Shown: in pieces, positions 30,387-41,789 of the stretch | Position numbering within the stretch: position 1 is the first letter of the stretch | Layout: the number at the start of each line of letters is the position of its first letter | From: Candidatus Latescibacterota bacterium | Lineage (GTDB): Bacteria; Latescibacterota; UBA2968; UBA8231 | DNA length: 64,000 nt | Assembly: GCA_965219385.1 (NCBI GenBank) | Contig: CBDCNM010000001.1 | Span: forward strand, 174,631 to 238,630 | Reading direction: 5' to 3' | Made by a program: the position numbers and the translations under genes | Notes under the pieces: model-generated | Database searches by the model: none | Seen by the model: the letters and a program-made list of their open reading frames with translations, nothing else | What the model was told of the DNA's origin: nothing

Positions 30387-31721
30387 ATGCCTTCCCCAGA
30401 TCCTGCTCGCGACACGGCTCTGCGCCTCCTCTGGGAATGCGAAACCAGACAGACCGAGCTCGAGCACCAACTGGCGGTGCTGGACCAGGGCCTCCTGACG
30501 CCGCGAGACCGCCGTTTTGCCCGCCACCTGGTGCTGGGCACCCTGCGCTGGCGCAAACGTCTGGACTGGATCGTCGACCAGTTTGCCCGCCAGCCGATCG
30601 CGTCCTGCTCGCCCTGGATTCGCCAGATCTTACGCCTGGGGGTGTACCAGATTTTCTGGCTCGACAAGGTACCGGGTCGGGCCGCGGTGCACACCTCGGT
30701 GTCGCTGGCCCGACGCTTTGGCCACGGCGGTGTTTCCGGCCTGGTTAACGCGGTTCTGCGCCAGATCCTGCGCCAGGCCGATCGCATTCAGTACCCCTCC
30801 CGCCGGAACGACCTGCCCTCCTACCTGGCCGTCTATCACTCCCACCCTCAGTGGATGGTGGAGCGCTGGCTGCAACGCTGGGGCGAAGAAATGACGGAGG
30901 ATTTGCTGAAGGCGCACAACACCCCGTCCGCTCTGTACATCCGCGCCAATCCGCTGCGCGTCGGCCCGGCCGAACTGGCACAGGCTCTGGGCCCGGCAGG
31001 TCGCGCCCTGGAGCCGGCCGGGTACTTGCCGGGGTACTTTGAGGTAAAAGAGCCGGAAGGGATTTTTCACTCGCGGGCCTACGAGTCCGGTTTTTTCCAG
31101 GTCCAGGATATCAGCGCTGCTCTGCCCGTGGCCCTGCTCGAGCCCCAAAGCGGCGAGCAGGTTCTGGATCTGTGCAGTGCGCCGGGCGGCAAGGCCACCC
31201 AGATGGCCATGGCCATGCAGGATCGCGGCCTGGTGGTCGCCGCCGATCGCTCGGCCGCGCGCCTGCGCCTGGTGCGGGAAAATGCCGCCAGAATGCGCCT
31301 GCAAAGCATTCGGACCATGCTGCAGGATGCCCGCGCCCACGGAACCCGGCCGTTCCAGCGCGTCCTGGCGGATGTTCCCTGTAGCGCTACCGGCATCCTG
31401 GGCCGCCACCCCGATGCCCGCTGGCGCAAACGGCCTGGACACCTGCCCGGTCTGGTCGAGCTCCAGTACTCCATCCTGCAGCAGGCCTTTGCCGGCTTGC
31501 GGGAGGAGGGTGTTCTGGTGTACAGCACCTGTAGCCTTGAAGAGGAGGAAAACGCCGGCCTGGTGGAACGCTTTCTAAGTGCGACCAGGATGGCCGAACT
31601 GGAACCGGCATCCCGCCATTTCCCGGGCACAGCCTGGGCGGATCGCTATATTCAGACCTTGCCCGGACGCGATCCTGGAGACGGCGGTTTTGCCGCCCGC
31701 ATCCGCAAAAGAAGATCATGA
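30387..31721 (+). CDS. rsmB: 16S rRNA m5C967 methyltransferase
   Basis: NusB-like N-terminus; DLCSAPGGK, DVPCS, YSTCS. Confidence 0.93.
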   Translation: MPSPDPARDTALRLLWECETRQTELEHQLAVLDQGLLTPRDRRFARHLVLGTLRWRKRLDWIVDQFARQPIASCSPWIRQILRLGVYQIFWLDKVPGRAAVHTSVSLARRFGHGGVSGLVNAVLRQILRQADRIQYPSRRNDLPSYLAVYHSHPQWMVERWLQRWGEEMTEDLLKAHNTPSALYIRANPLRVGPAELAQALGPAGRALEPAGYLPGYFEVKEPEGIFHSRAYESGFFQVQDISAALPVALLEPQSGEQVLDLCSAPGGKATQMAMAMQDRGLVVAADRSAARLRLVRENAARMRLQSIRTMLQDARAHGTRPFQRVLADVPCSATGILGRHPDARWRKRPGHLPGLVELQYSILQQAFAGLREEGVLVYSTCSLEEEENAGLVERFLSATRMAELEPASRHFPGTAWADRYIQTLPGRDPGDGGFAARIRKRRS

Positions 31722-32509
31722 GAAAGCTACTAAGCAGATTATTTTTTTTTCTTTGTATTGGCCTGGGCACCCTTGTATTCAGCCTGTTCGCATTCAATTA
31801 TCTGATCATGCCCTACGTGGTAAACGTCGATAAAGTCCAGGTCCCCGAACTTCGCAAGCTCACCACCTCCAGCGCCCTGAAACGACTGAGCGCCAAGGGC
31901 CTCCGCCTGGCGCCGCGCGATAGCCTGTACCAGGAGTCCATCCCGGAAGGCGCTATCGTGGATCAACTTCCCAACTCCGGCAAGCTGATCAAAAAAGGCC
32001 GCCGCGTCTTCGTCGATATCAGCAAGGGCCCGCGCCTCTATACCGTCCCCGAGGTCAAACAGAAAAGTCTGCGCGAAGCCCGCCTGCAACTCGAAAGCGC
32101 CCAGTTACAGGTCGGCTCGGTCGCCTACGTATCCTCTTCCAGTATCCCCCGGGGCGCCATCGTCGATCACCTCCCCAGCGCCGGCGTCCACCTGGCCCGC
32201 AACAGCAAGGTGGACCTGAAGATCAGCAGTGGTCCCCCTGCCGCTCTCAAGCGCGTTCCCAACCTGGTTGGACTACCCATCGAGGTAGTGGAAGATACCC
32301 TGAAAAAATACGAGATGCGTCTGGGCCGGCTCGAAAATCAGGTCGACAGCCAACGACCGGCCGGCATCGTCCTGTCCCAGAAACCCTCGGCGCGAGAAAG
32401 GGCTCTGCACCGCACCCCCGTCAATCTGGTTGTGAGCGTCCAGGAAAAGGTGGTTACAGAACCGGATTCCGCGCTCGAAGATACAGCGGAAAATTTACCA
32501 AAGGACTGA
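31718..32509 (+). CDS. PASTA-domain membrane protein
   Basis: N-terminal TM plus three VP..(G)..Q.P repeats. Confidence 0.88.
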   Translation: MRKLLSRLFFFLCIGLGTLVFSLFAFNYLIMPYVVNVDKVQVPELRKLTTSSALKRLSAKGLRLAPRDSLYQESIPEGAIVDQLPNSGKLIKKGRRVFVDISKGPRLYTVPEVKQKSLREARLQLESAQLQVGSVAYVSSSSIPRGAIVDHLPSAGVHLARNSKVDLKISSGPPAALKRVPNLVGLPIEVVEDTLKKYEMRLGRLENQVDSQRPAGIVLSQKPSARERALHRTPVNLVVSVQEKVVTEPDSALEDTAENLPKD

Positions 32510-32513
32510 AATC

Positions 32514-33173
32514 ATGCATACCGTTCCCGCGCTGGTCGCCCCTTCCCTTCTGGCGGCCGACTTCGCCCACCTCGCTGCCGAAGTAAAACGGGTAGAGAAA
32601 GCCGGAGCCGATTTGCTCCACCTGGATATCATGGACGGCCACTTTGTTCCCAATATCAGCTTCGGCATTCCCGTCGTCGAAGCCATCCGCCGGGAGACTC
32701 GACTCAAACTCGATACCCACTTGATGCTAAAAGCCCCCTGGGAGTTTTTAAAGCCCTTCAAAGAGGCCGGGGCCGACGCCCTCACCGTACATGTGGAGGT
32801 GTGCGACGAGCCGCACCGCATCATAGACGAGATTCACGCCCTGGACCTGGAGTGCGGCCTGGCCATCAACCCGGCTACCCCGGTCGAGGCCCTCTTTCCC
32901 TACCTGCCGGATCTCGATCTGGCTTTGATCATGTCGGTGGATCCTGGATTTGGCGGTCAGGCCTTCAAACCGGAGGTCCTGGACAAGGTCCGGACTCTGC
33001 GCTTGCACTGCCAACGCGGCGGTCTGGCCGTTCCCATCCAGATCGATGGCGGCATAACCCCCGACAATGCGGCTTCCTGCAGAGAAGCCGGGGTAGAGAT
33101 ACTGGTCGCCGGCTCGTCCGTGTTTCGCGGCCCCGATGCCGGTAGCGCGATCGGCGCCATCCGCGGCGGCTAA
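32514..33173 (+). CDS. rpe: Ribulose-phosphate 3-epimerase
   Basis: APSLLAADF, HLDIMDGHFVPN, IDGG. Confidence 0.96.
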   Translation: MHTVPALVAPSLLAADFAHLAAEVKRVEKAGADLLHLDIMDGHFVPNISFGIPVVEAIRRETRLKLDTHLMLKAPWEFLKPFKEAGADALTVHVEVCDEPHRIIDEIHALDLECGLAINPATPVEALFPYLPDLDLALIMSVDPGFGGQAFKPEVLDKVRTLRLHCQRGGLAVPIQIDGGITPDNAASCREAGVEILVAGSSVFRGPDAGSAIGAIRGG

Positions 33174-33278
33174 GCTTATTGCCCGATTCTCTTACTTCCT
33201 CTATATTATATAGCTATTATATAGCTCTTTGTTGGTTTTTATGGGTTTCGGCCTTTAATGTAGAGCTCGACACAAGTC

Positions 33279-34610
33279 ATGTTCGACCGTCTTTCCGAGC
33301 GCTTCGACGCCGTATTCAAACAGCTCCGCGGCCAAGGTAGAATCACCGAGCGAAACATCGATGAAGCCCTGCGCGAAATTCGACGTGCTTTGCTGGAAGC
33401 CGATGTAAATTTTAAAGTTACCAAAGGTTTCATCCAGCAGGTCAAGCAGCGGGCCATCGGCCGGGAGGTCTTGAAGAGCCTGACCCCGGGACAGCAGATC
33501 ATCAAGATCGTACACGACGAACTGATCTCCCTGCTCGGCGCTACGGCCAGTCCTCTCAAACTCGCCGATCTGCCTCCCACCACCCTCATGCTGGTGGGTC
33601 TGCAAGGTTGTGGCAAAACCACCATAGCCGGCAAACTGGCCCTGCACCTCAAGACCCAGGGGCGCCCCTGCCTGCTGGTAGCGGCGGATATGTATCGGCC
33701 GGCAGCCGTCGAACAGCTGCAGACCCTCGGGGCTTCGATCGACGTGCCGGTCTACAGCCGGCCCCGGGGAACGGACCCGGTGGCTATTTGCCAGGAGGGC
33801 GTCGAAGAGGGCCGCCGGACCAACCGCAGTGTGGTCATCATGGACACGGCCGGCCGTCTCAGCATCGACCAGGACATGATGGACGAACTGGTTGCGATCC
33901 AGCGAAAAACAACGCCGCACGAGATCCTCTTTGTAGCCGACAGCATGCTCGGGCAGGACGCTGTGGAGACGGCCAGCCGTTTTCACCAGGAGCTGGAGTT
34001 CAGCGGCTGTGTACTGACCAAGATGGACGGCGATGCCCGCGGTGGCGCGGCGCTGTCCATTCGCCAGGTCACGGGCAAGCCCATAAAATTCATCGGCACG
34101 GGTGAAAAACCCGATGCTCTGGAGCCCTTTCACCCGGACCGCATGGCCTCGCGGATCCTGGGCATGGGCGATATGCTGTCCCTGGTCGAAAAAGCCGAGC
34201 AGGCCTTCGAACGGGAACAGCTGGGAAAAATGGAGGAGCGCCGTCGCCAAGAGGCGTTCACCTTCGAGGATTTCCTGGAGCAGCTCCACGCCATCAAAAA
34301 GATGGGGCCCCTGGACCAGCTCATGGGCATGATCCCCGGAATGGGGAAAAGCCTCAAAGGGGTCCAGATCGACGACAATGCCTTTGTGCACGTGGAGGCC
34401 ATCATTCATTCCATGACCCGGGAGGAACGCCGCACTCCCCAGATCCTCAACGGCAGTCGACGCCGGCGCATTGCGCGCGGCAGCGGCACGACCGTTCAGG
34501 AGGTAAATCGGCTTGTCAAGCAGTTCCAGATGATGCAGAAAATGATGAAACAAATGAACCGTACGAAGCCGGGAAAAATGAAGCTGAACATGCCCTTTAT
34601 GGACTCTTAG
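33279..34610 (+). CDS. ffh: Signal recognition particle protein
   Basis: GLQGCGKTT, DTAGR, TKMDGDARGG, M domain. Confidence 0.97.
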   Translation: MFDRLSERFDAVFKQLRGQGRITERNIDEALREIRRALLEADVNFKVTKGFIQQVKQRAIGREVLKSLTPGQQIIKIVHDELISLLGATASPLKLADLPPTTLMLVGLQGCGKTTIAGKLALHLKTQGRPCLLVAADMYRPAAVEQLQTLGASIDVPVYSRPRGTDPVAICQEGVEEGRRTNRSVVIMDTAGRLSIDQDMMDELVAIQRKTTPHEILFVADSMLGQDAVETASRFHQELEFSGCVLTKMDGDARGGAALSIRQVTGKPIKFIGTGEKPDALEPFHPDRMASRILGMGDMLSLVEKAEQAFEREQLGKMEERRRQEAFTFEDFLEQLHAIKKMGPLDQLMGMIPGMGKSLKGVQIDDNAFVHVEAIIHSMTREERRTPQILNGSRRRRIARGSGTTVQEVNRLVKQFQMMQKMMKQMNRTKPGKMKLNMPFMDS

Positions 34611-34630
34611 CCCAGGCAAGGAGATTTGAT

Positions 34631-35005
34631 TTGGTTAAATTGCGCTTGATGAGGACGGGCAGGAAAAAGCGCCCTCTCTATCGCATCGTGGCCATGGAGG
34701 TCAATGTGGCACGCAACGGCAGTAGGCTTGGCCAGGTGGGCCATTACGACCCGCTTCACGCCAAGGTTGAAATCGATGAAGAGGCCGCCCTGCTGTGGCT
34801 CAATCGCGGAGCACAGATGACCCCTACGGTCAAATCCCTCCTGCATAGCCAGGGCGTTCTGGCGCGCTGGAAGGGCCTGGAATTCACCGTTCGGGAAGAC
34901 GCCCTGCTCAAGGATAAACCCAAGCGCCGACGCAAATTAGCGGCTGCTGCTGCCCAGGAAGAGACACCCGCCGAAGAAGATGCTGCCGCCCAAGCGGAGA
35001 GCTAG
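34631..35005 (+). CDS. rpsP: 30S ribosomal protein S16
   Basis: VKLRLMRTGRKKRPLYRIVA; synteny. Confidence 0.95.
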   Translation: MVKLRLMRTGRKKRPLYRIVAMEVNVARNGSRLGQVGHYDPLHAKVEIDEEAALLWLNRGAQMTPTVKSLLHSQGVLARWKGLEFTVREDALLKDKPKRRRKLAAAAAQEETPAEEDAAAQAES

Positions 35006-35029
35006 CGCCTCAGCCCTCTGCGGGACCGG

Positions 35030-35548
35030 ATGGCAGAACGCGTTGCAGTAGGCTATATCACCCGCACCAAGGGAGTGCGGGGGTTCGTCAAGGTCGAGAT
35101 CCTGACCCACCGGCTCGATCGCTTCGACGAACTTTCGCAGGTAGTTCTACAGAAAAACGGTCGGGAGGACCGCCTGTTTCAGATCCAGCACTGGCGGCCC
35201 GAGCAGCCCGGTATATTGATGAAGTTCGTCGGGATTGATACGCCCGAGGAAGCCCGAGAAGTCCTGGTCGAGGGCTACATCACCGTCGCGCCTCACGAAG
35301 TGGCGCCCCTGCCCGAGGATTCTTACTACATATCCGACCTGATAGGGTGTGCGGTGCTGGATGAGGCCGGCCGGCATCTGGGAAAGATCATCGAGGTTTT
35401 GCAGATGCCCTCGACCGATGTGTACGTGGTCCGCCATAAAAACCGCGAAATACTGGTTCCCGCGGTTGGCAATTTCGTCTTGGAAGTATCTATTCCCCGG
35501 CGCGAACTGGTGGTGAGAGGTATTGAAGAACTGTTGAATGGATCATGA
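35030..35548 (+). CDS. rimM: Ribosome maturation factor RimM
   Basis: GVRGFVKV, YYISDLIG, EILVP; synteny. Confidence 0.93.
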   Translation: MAERVAVGYITRTKGVRGFVKVEILTHRLDRFDELSQVVLQKNGREDRLFQIQHWRPEQPGILMKFVGIDTPEEAREVLVEGYITVAPHEVAPLPEDSYYISDLIGCAVLDEAGRHLGKIIEVLQMPSTDVYVVRHKNREILVPAVGNFVLEVSIPRRELVVRGIEELLNGS

Positions 35549-36267
35549 AAATCGATATCGTCACCCTCTTCCCCGATTTTTTCACTTCTCCGCTGGGCAC
35601 CAGTATAATAGAACGGGCTCGCCGGCAGGATGTGGTGGAGTTTGAAATCCACGATCTGAGGGAATTTGCCCAGGACCGCCATCGGACCGTAGATGATACC
35701 CCCTACGGCGGCGGTGGCGGCATGGTCATCAAACCCGAACCGGTCGCACGAGTCTGGGAAAAACTTGGCCTGGCGCACGGTTTGTGCATTTATCCCACCG
35801 CGGACGGAGAGCCCTTTGATCAGAACCTGGCCATTCAATTGTCCACGCAGGAACACCTGGTCCTGCTCTGTGGGCACTACAAGGGCATTGACGAACGCAT
35901 TCGTCGGCACTGCATCGACCGGGAAGTCTCCATTGGCGATTACGTTTTGACCGGGGGCGAACCCGCGGTGCTGGTCCTCATCGATGCGGTCGTCCGGCTC
36001 ATTCCAGGGGTGCTGGGCGATTTCAGCTCGGCTCTTGAAGATTCCTTTCACGAGGATCTGCTGGACTGCCCCTGGTACACCCGTCCGGCGACATTCTGGG
36101 AAGAGAGCGTGCCCGAAGTTTTGTTGAGCGGCAACCATCGGGAGGTGAGCCGCTGGCGTCGCCAGCAGGCCTTGCGCCGCACCTTTGAGCGGCGCCCGGA
36201 CCTGCTGGAAAAAGCGGATCTGGACGAAGACGAAAAACAACTTGTCGTCCAGTGGTCGAATGAGTAA
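35545..36267 (+). CDS. trmD: tRNA m1G37 methyltransferase
   Basis: DDTPYGGGGGM, SIGDYVLTGGE. Confidence 0.96.
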   Translation: MKIDIVTLFPDFFTSPLGTSIIERARRQDVVEFEIHDLREFAQDRHRTVDDTPYGGGGGMVIKPEPVARVWEKLGLAHGLCIYPTADGEPFDQNLAIQLSTQEHLVLLCGHYKGIDERIRRHCIDREVSIGDYVLTGGEPAVLVLIDAVVRLIPGVLGDFSSALEDSFHEDLLDCPWYTRPATFWEESVPEVLLSGNHREVSRWRRQQALRRTFERRPDLLEKADLDEDEKQLVVQWSNE

Positions 36268-36306
36268 AAGGGAGCTGGACAATCCCCATAAAAAAGGTGG
36301 AACCTT

Positions 36307-36654
36307 ATGGATATGAGTATTTTGCGCGAGTTGACTTCCGATCAGTTGAAATCGGATCTTCCCGATTTTGGCCCTGGCGATTCCCTGCGCATCCACGTGC
36401 GGGTTATCGAGGGCGAAAAAGAGCGGGTTCAGGTCTTTGAAGGAAATGTAATCCAGCGCAAAGGCACGGGCATACAGGAGACGGTTACCGTGCGCAAAAT
36501 CACCCAGGGTGTTGCCGTGGAGCGCATCTTCCCCTTGCATTCACCCCGCATCGCCCGGATCGAAACCATCCGCCGGGGCAAGGTGCGGCGGGCCCGCCTG
36601 TTTTACCTGCGCAACCGCAAGGGCCGCGCCGCGCGCATCAAAGAGAAACGTTAA
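36307..36654 (+). CDS. rplS: 50S ribosomal protein L19
   Basis: [24 protein letters not shown]. Confidence 0.97.
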   Translation: MDMSILRELTSDQLKSDLPDFGPGDSLRIHVRVIEGEKERVQVFEGNVIQRKGTGIQETVTVRKITQGVAVERIFPLHSPRIARIETIRRGKVRRARLFYLRNRKGRAARIKEKR

Positions 36655-36656
36655 CC

Positions 36657-36890
36657 GTGTCTCAACCCACCGACCATAAATTTCTCTTTACCAGGAAGAA
36701 CTGGACCCTGTTTGTCCTTGGCCTGGCAACCATCGTTCTGGGTTATGTCTTCTTGAGCATCCCCCCGGCAGAGGGCTTTTTATCCCTGACCCTGGCTCCT
36801 ATCCTGCTGCTGGTGGGCTACTGCGTGCTGATCCCCATGGCGATTCTGGTGAAAGATCGCCCGGGTGCGCCCAAAGAAAATTCCGAGTAG
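36657..36890 (+). CDS. Small two-TM membrane protein (DUF3098-like)
   Basis: FTRKNW...LSLTLAPILLLVGY. Confidence 0.7.
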   Translation: MSQPTDHKFLFTRKNWTLFVLGLATIVLGYVFLSIPPAEGFLSLTLAPILLLVGYCVLIPMAILVKDRPGAPKENSE

Positions 36891-36966
36891 CAGGAAAGGC
36901 GGCTGACATCCTTTCAGGAGGACCAGCGCCGATCCGTGTCGATACAGAATAGGCCTACACCGGAGT

Positions 36967-37137
36967 ATGGAGCGCCTGCTCGAGTATATTGAATACATCG
37001 CCGTGGCCGCCTTTGTGCTGATCTGGGTGCTGACCAGCAAAATCATTCGATCGATCAAGCGGTTGAGGGGAGACGGATACGACCGCAATGCCCCGGAAAC
37101 CCCCAAGCGCCCCAGGCGCAGGATTCCGCTCACCTGA
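36967..37137 (+). CDS. Small 56-aa single-TM protein
   Basis: MERLLEYIEYIAVAAFVLIWVLTSKIIRS...RRRIPLT*; fills an operon gap; below the ORF-track cutoff. Confidence 0.55.
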   Translation: MERLLEYIEYIAVAAFVLIWVLTSKIIRSIKRLRGDGYDRNAPETPKRPRRRIPLT

Positions 37138-37170
37138 TCGAAATCATTCGGCTTTTAGCGAAAAGATCTC

Positions 37171-38391
37171 ATGGATCAAGAGTCGATTATCCGACAGTGT
37201 GCAGCACTGCACGACAAGGCCTTGGTCAGGGCCCTGACCCTGGACAAAACAGAGTACAGCGACCCTTTCCGCGTCCAGGCCCGGCGCGAACTGGATAAGA
37301 GAGGTTTGTCTTTGAGCGCCGTGGTCGACGTGGTAGAAGTGCGTCGGCCCGAAAGCGATCCAGTATACTGCAACATTCATCAGGCCCTGGCCGTGCTGGA
37401 TGAGGACATACCACTGTGGGATATGCGAATCTTTGCCAACTGCATGAACGAATCAATGGTCCTGCAAAGAGAAACTCAGCAGTGGATGGCCCATCACTAC
37501 CGCGATGAAGAATACGCCAGGTCTTTTTCCATAAAAACCCGAGAAGCCCTGAGCGAACTCCTGCCACTCTTCCTGCGCCTGGAAGAGTGGGAACACCGCG
37601 TGGATCTTTTTTATGACCTGGACGAGTGGGACGTATTCGAAAAATCGAACTCCCGCGGGCACATCGCGCAAATCGTCGCGGATCTCGACGCCGGCCAGGT
37701 GCCCTGCACCGTGCAAACACCCGCCTTTTCACAGGATGAAGAAGGCGCTCTGACCCTGTTGGTTCCGCCCGAATACATGGACCTCGCCGAGGAAATAATA
37801 GCGGATGTCGAAGAGGACGTCCACGATTTATACCACCGTGTCGCCGTACTGGCCGCAGGCCATGATCTCAAGAAAGAGCTGGAAACCTACGATCTCCTGC
37901 TCCAGGCCGCCCCTACCAATCCGGCGGTTTTTTACAACAGGGGAAGTATCCTCCACGAACTGGGCCGTTACCGCGAGGCCGCGGACGCCTTTATCGAGGC
38001 GGTATCCCTGGGCGTGGAAGAGGCAGAGAAAAATGCGCAGTTTGAGTCACAACAGGCACCTCGTGGACTTGGAGGAATCTTCGGGATGGTTGCGTTCCTG
38101 TTCAGGAAGACGCTCTCCTCCAGCGACCTGGCTCCCGAACGGCCGCGCTATCCGGATTTCATAGACGATGCCGAATTGTTCCTGCGGCAGCTTGTGGAAC
38201 GAATGCCCCGGGATTTAAAGATCCTCCATTGCCTGGCGTCCATATCCAGGCTCAAAAACCAGGTTGCAGAGGCCGAGGAACTCTACAAGAACATCCTCGC
38301 GATTGAACCCTCGGATCGCATCGCCTACTTTTATCTTGGTTATCTGCACTCGGCAAGGGGAGGAGAAGGTCGAGCTCCGACAAGCGCATGA
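37171..38391 (+). CDS. TPR-containing hypothetical protein
   Basis: AVFYNRGSILHELGRY and AEELYKNILAIEP TPR motifs. Confidence 0.75.
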   Translation: MDQESIIRQCAALHDKALVRALTLDKTEYSDPFRVQARRELDKRGLSLSAVVDVVEVRRPESDPVYCNIHQALAVLDEDIPLWDMRIFANCMNESMVLQRETQQWMAHHYRDEEYARSFSIKTREALSELLPLFLRLEEWEHRVDLFYDLDEWDVFEKSNSRGHIAQIVADLDAGQVPCTVQTPAFSQDEEGALTLLVPPEYMDLAEEIIADVEEDVHDLYHRVAVLAAGHDLKKELETYDLLLQAAPTNPAVFYNRGSILHELGRYREAADAFIEAVSLGVEEAEKNAQFESQQAPRGLGGIFGMVAFLFRKTLSSSDLAPERPRYPDFIDDAELFLRQLVERMPRDLKILHCLASISRLKNQVAEAEELYKNILAIEPSDRIAYFYLGYLHSARGGEGRAPTSA

Positions 38392-38539
38392 ATCCCGCGG
38401 AAACATGCGCCGAATTCCCCCGACTGGAGACCAAAAACCTGGTTCCGCCCGGCCCAGCGACCCTGCGATCACTTTGTCGACCGCGTGATCTACCGCATGC
38501 CGGCCACAGAGTGGTCGGCCCAGAACTGAGCAGGAGAAT

Positions 38540-39562
<1,023 letters not shown>

Positions 39563-39585
39563 ACGCGGATTTTGCCGGAGGGTGG

Positions 39586-39678
39586 AAACCGGTGCTGGGC
39601 ACCTGGCAGGACATCTTTTCCTGCGAGTTTGATGGCCCCCGGCGCCGGCGCTTCTTGGTGAAAGTGATAGAGAGGTGA
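39586..39678 (+). pseudogene. YjbQ (UPF0047) C-terminal remnant
   Basis: [27 protein letters not shown] with no start codon. Confidence 0.7.
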
Positions 39679-39713
39679 TAATCAGTGCTCAACCGCCAAA
39701 CAGGAGAAACAAA

Positions 39714-40226
39714 GTGCTCTACACCCTCGAGGAAAGCAAGGTAACGCTACGCGGCGACGAGGTTTTCATCGCCCCCAACGCCACCTTGATCGGCTCTGTA
39801 ATACTGGAAGATAAAGTCAGTATCTGGTTCAACGCGGTAATCCGGGGAGACAACGACCTGATCGCCATCGGCCCGGAAACCAATATCCAGGACGGGGCCA
39901 TGCTACACACCGATTCCGGCATCCCGCTCGAGATTGGCCGCGGCGTCACCGTGGGGCACATGGCCGTGCTGCACGGCTGTAGCGTCGGCGAGTTCAGCCT
40001 GATCGGCATCAAGGCCGTGGTCCTCAACCGCGCCCGCATCGGCAAAAACTGCATCATCGGGGCCAATACCCTCATCACCGAGGGCAAGGAGATTCCCGAT
40101 AATTCCCTGGTGGTGGGCTCTCCGGGCCAGGTAAAGCGCCAGCTTACCGAGGAAGAAATCGCCGGTCTGAAAGGCTCCGCCGCCCACTACGTGCACAACG
40201 CCCGGCGCTACAAGAAGCTGTTTTGA
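39714..40226 (+). CDS. Gamma carbonic anhydrase family protein
   Basis: Hexapeptide repeats, [19 protein letters not shown]. Confidence 0.92.
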   Translation: MLYTLEESKVTLRGDEVFIAPNATLIGSVILEDKVSIWFNAVIRGDNDLIAIGPETNIQDGAMLHTDSGIPLEIGRGVTVGHMAVLHGCSVGEFSLIGIKAVVLNRARIGKNCIIGANTLITEGKEIPDNSLVVGSPGQVKRQLTEEEIAGLKGSAAHYVHNARRYKKLF

Positions 40227-40301
40227 AGTGTCAGCGCCAGGTTGGGCGCCCTTTGGCCCGGCCCCTGGACAACCGGAGACAAACTTCGGTCGGGCCGCAG
40301 C

Positions 40302-41672
40302 TCAAGCCTGCGAGAAAACCGTGCGGATAAGCGCCAGGGTTTCGTCGTTTTCCGGATCCAGCCCGCTGAACAGGGCGCCCTCGCAATGGTTGTCTGTCAC
40401 TGTCTCCAACAACCGGCGGACCAGTTCGGGCTCGGCCCCGACGGAAACCGGGACATAGAGCGGCACCCGCCCCCGGATCTGCGCCTTGAGCCGGCTTACT
40501 TCGCGGGCGAACATTAGCGCCAGGGGCAGAGGCCCGTCCCTCAAACCCGCCACCTCCAGCGGCAAATCCAGATCGTCGTACCCGAACATCCGGTACACCA
40601 GCTGCAGCGCCTCCCCCTCCTGCAGATCCGCGACCGCCCGGCACAGCGCCGGCGCCCACTCGGACGCCAGGTTGGTCACGGTCGTGGCCCAGCCCACCAC
40701 GCCCCCGTGCGAACTCCCCCCGGTCAGGTAATCCGCCCCCCTTTCCCAGGCCCCGTAGATATGCCCGCCCAACAGCGCGATGGACGGCGGAAACACGTCG
40801 CTGCCGAACACCTTGTCCGCGCCCCCCGCCCCCCGCACCGCCGCACGGAACTCCCGCATGCGCTCGGCCATCACCAGGGCGCGAAACCGCAGCCACTCCA
40901 GGACGGCTCCGTCCTCTCCCAGGCAGGCGAGAAACTCCCAGAAACCGGGACGGGCCCGGCCGAGCCTGAGCACCTGCTCCCGCGTCAGGGCGCTCAACCC
41001 GGCGCGTAGCCGCAACACTCCTTCTTTCATGCGCTCGAAGTCGAACCCCAGGTGCCCGGCCTCCTCCTGGCAGAAGCTGCAGCCGCAGGCCAGGAGACTG
41101 TGCAGATTGGCCGGCGCTGGATAGCGCGCGTGGTCCACGTCGAACCCGTCCAGATCGTAGCGCCGGATCAGGTCCACCAGGCAGTCGCGGATCCACTCGT
41201 TGATGTCCTTGCGACCGGGGCACAGGCCAATGCCCCACTGCTTGTAGCGCAGGTCCAGAAGCCGGCCTTCGATGTCCCGCATGGCGTATTCCGGATAGAC
41301 CTCGCCGCCGTAACTCCACAGGCCGATGTGGCCCCAGATCTCGATGCCGGCCCGCCGACAGGCTTCGATGACCCGCAACAAGGCTGTATCGTCAAAGCCT
41401 CCGATGGTCCCGGCCACCGGCGGGTAGATCCCCTCCCGGGCACGCGGGTACTGGTCCGTCCGCTGGCGCCAGTCCTCAAAGGGCCCGCGCCGGGCGATCT
41501 CCTCTGCGGCGCGGAATCCCGAGGTATGGCAGATATGGCTTTCGGGCATGATGGTGGTCAAGCCGATCTCGTCGCGCAACTTCTTCAACGAGTCCGGGTG
41601 CTCGGCCACGTACTCGGTTTGGCAAAACCAGATGAAGCGTTCCAGATGTCCGGCCATGGTTTCCTGGATCAT
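40302..41672 (-). CDS. Hypothetical protein, possible TIM-barrel glycoside hydrolase-like
   Basis: RYDLDGFDVDHARYP and CGCSFC; long ORF with host-like codon usage. Confidence 0.6.
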   Translation of the reverse strand: MIQETMAGHLERFIWFCQTEYVAEHPDSLKKLRDEIGLTTIMPESHICHTSGFRAAEEIARRGPFEDWRQRTDQYPRAREGIYPPVAGTIGGFDDTALLRVIEACRRAGIEIWGHIGLWSYGGEVYPEYAMRDIEGRLLDLRYKQWGIGLCPGRKDINEWIRDCLVDLIRRYDLDGFDVDHARYPAPANLHSLLACGCSFCQEEAGHLGFDFERMKEGVLRLRAGLSALTREQVLRLGRARPGFWEFLACLGEDGAVLEWLRFRALVMAERMREFRAAVRGAGGADKVFGSDVFPPSIALLGGHIYGAWERGADYLTGGSSHGGVVGWATTVTNLASEWAPALCRAVADLQEGEALQLVYRMFGYDDLDLPLEVAGLRDGPLPLALMFAREVSRLKAQIRGRVPLYVPVSVGAEPELVRRLLETVTDNHCEGALFSGLDPENDETLALIRTVFSQA

Positions 41673-41754
41673 CAAAAGGGTACACCATCCTTTTAAGATA
41701 TACAAGATGCGCTCAGGCGTCACGGACAAACCTAAAAAGCCTTCTAAAAAAACT

Positions 41755-41783
41755 TTGACAATGCGAAGAGGTGATATTACATT
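41755..41783 (+). promoter_or_regulatory. Sigma-70 promoter
   Basis: TTGACA-17 bp-TACATT. Confidence 0.7.
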
Positions 41784-41789
41784 GGAAGC

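Noticed and set aside
33200..33227. Repeated CTATTATATAGCT-like AT-rich motif upstream of ffh
   Set aside because: Short and low complexity; probably part of the promoter, with nothing more supportable.
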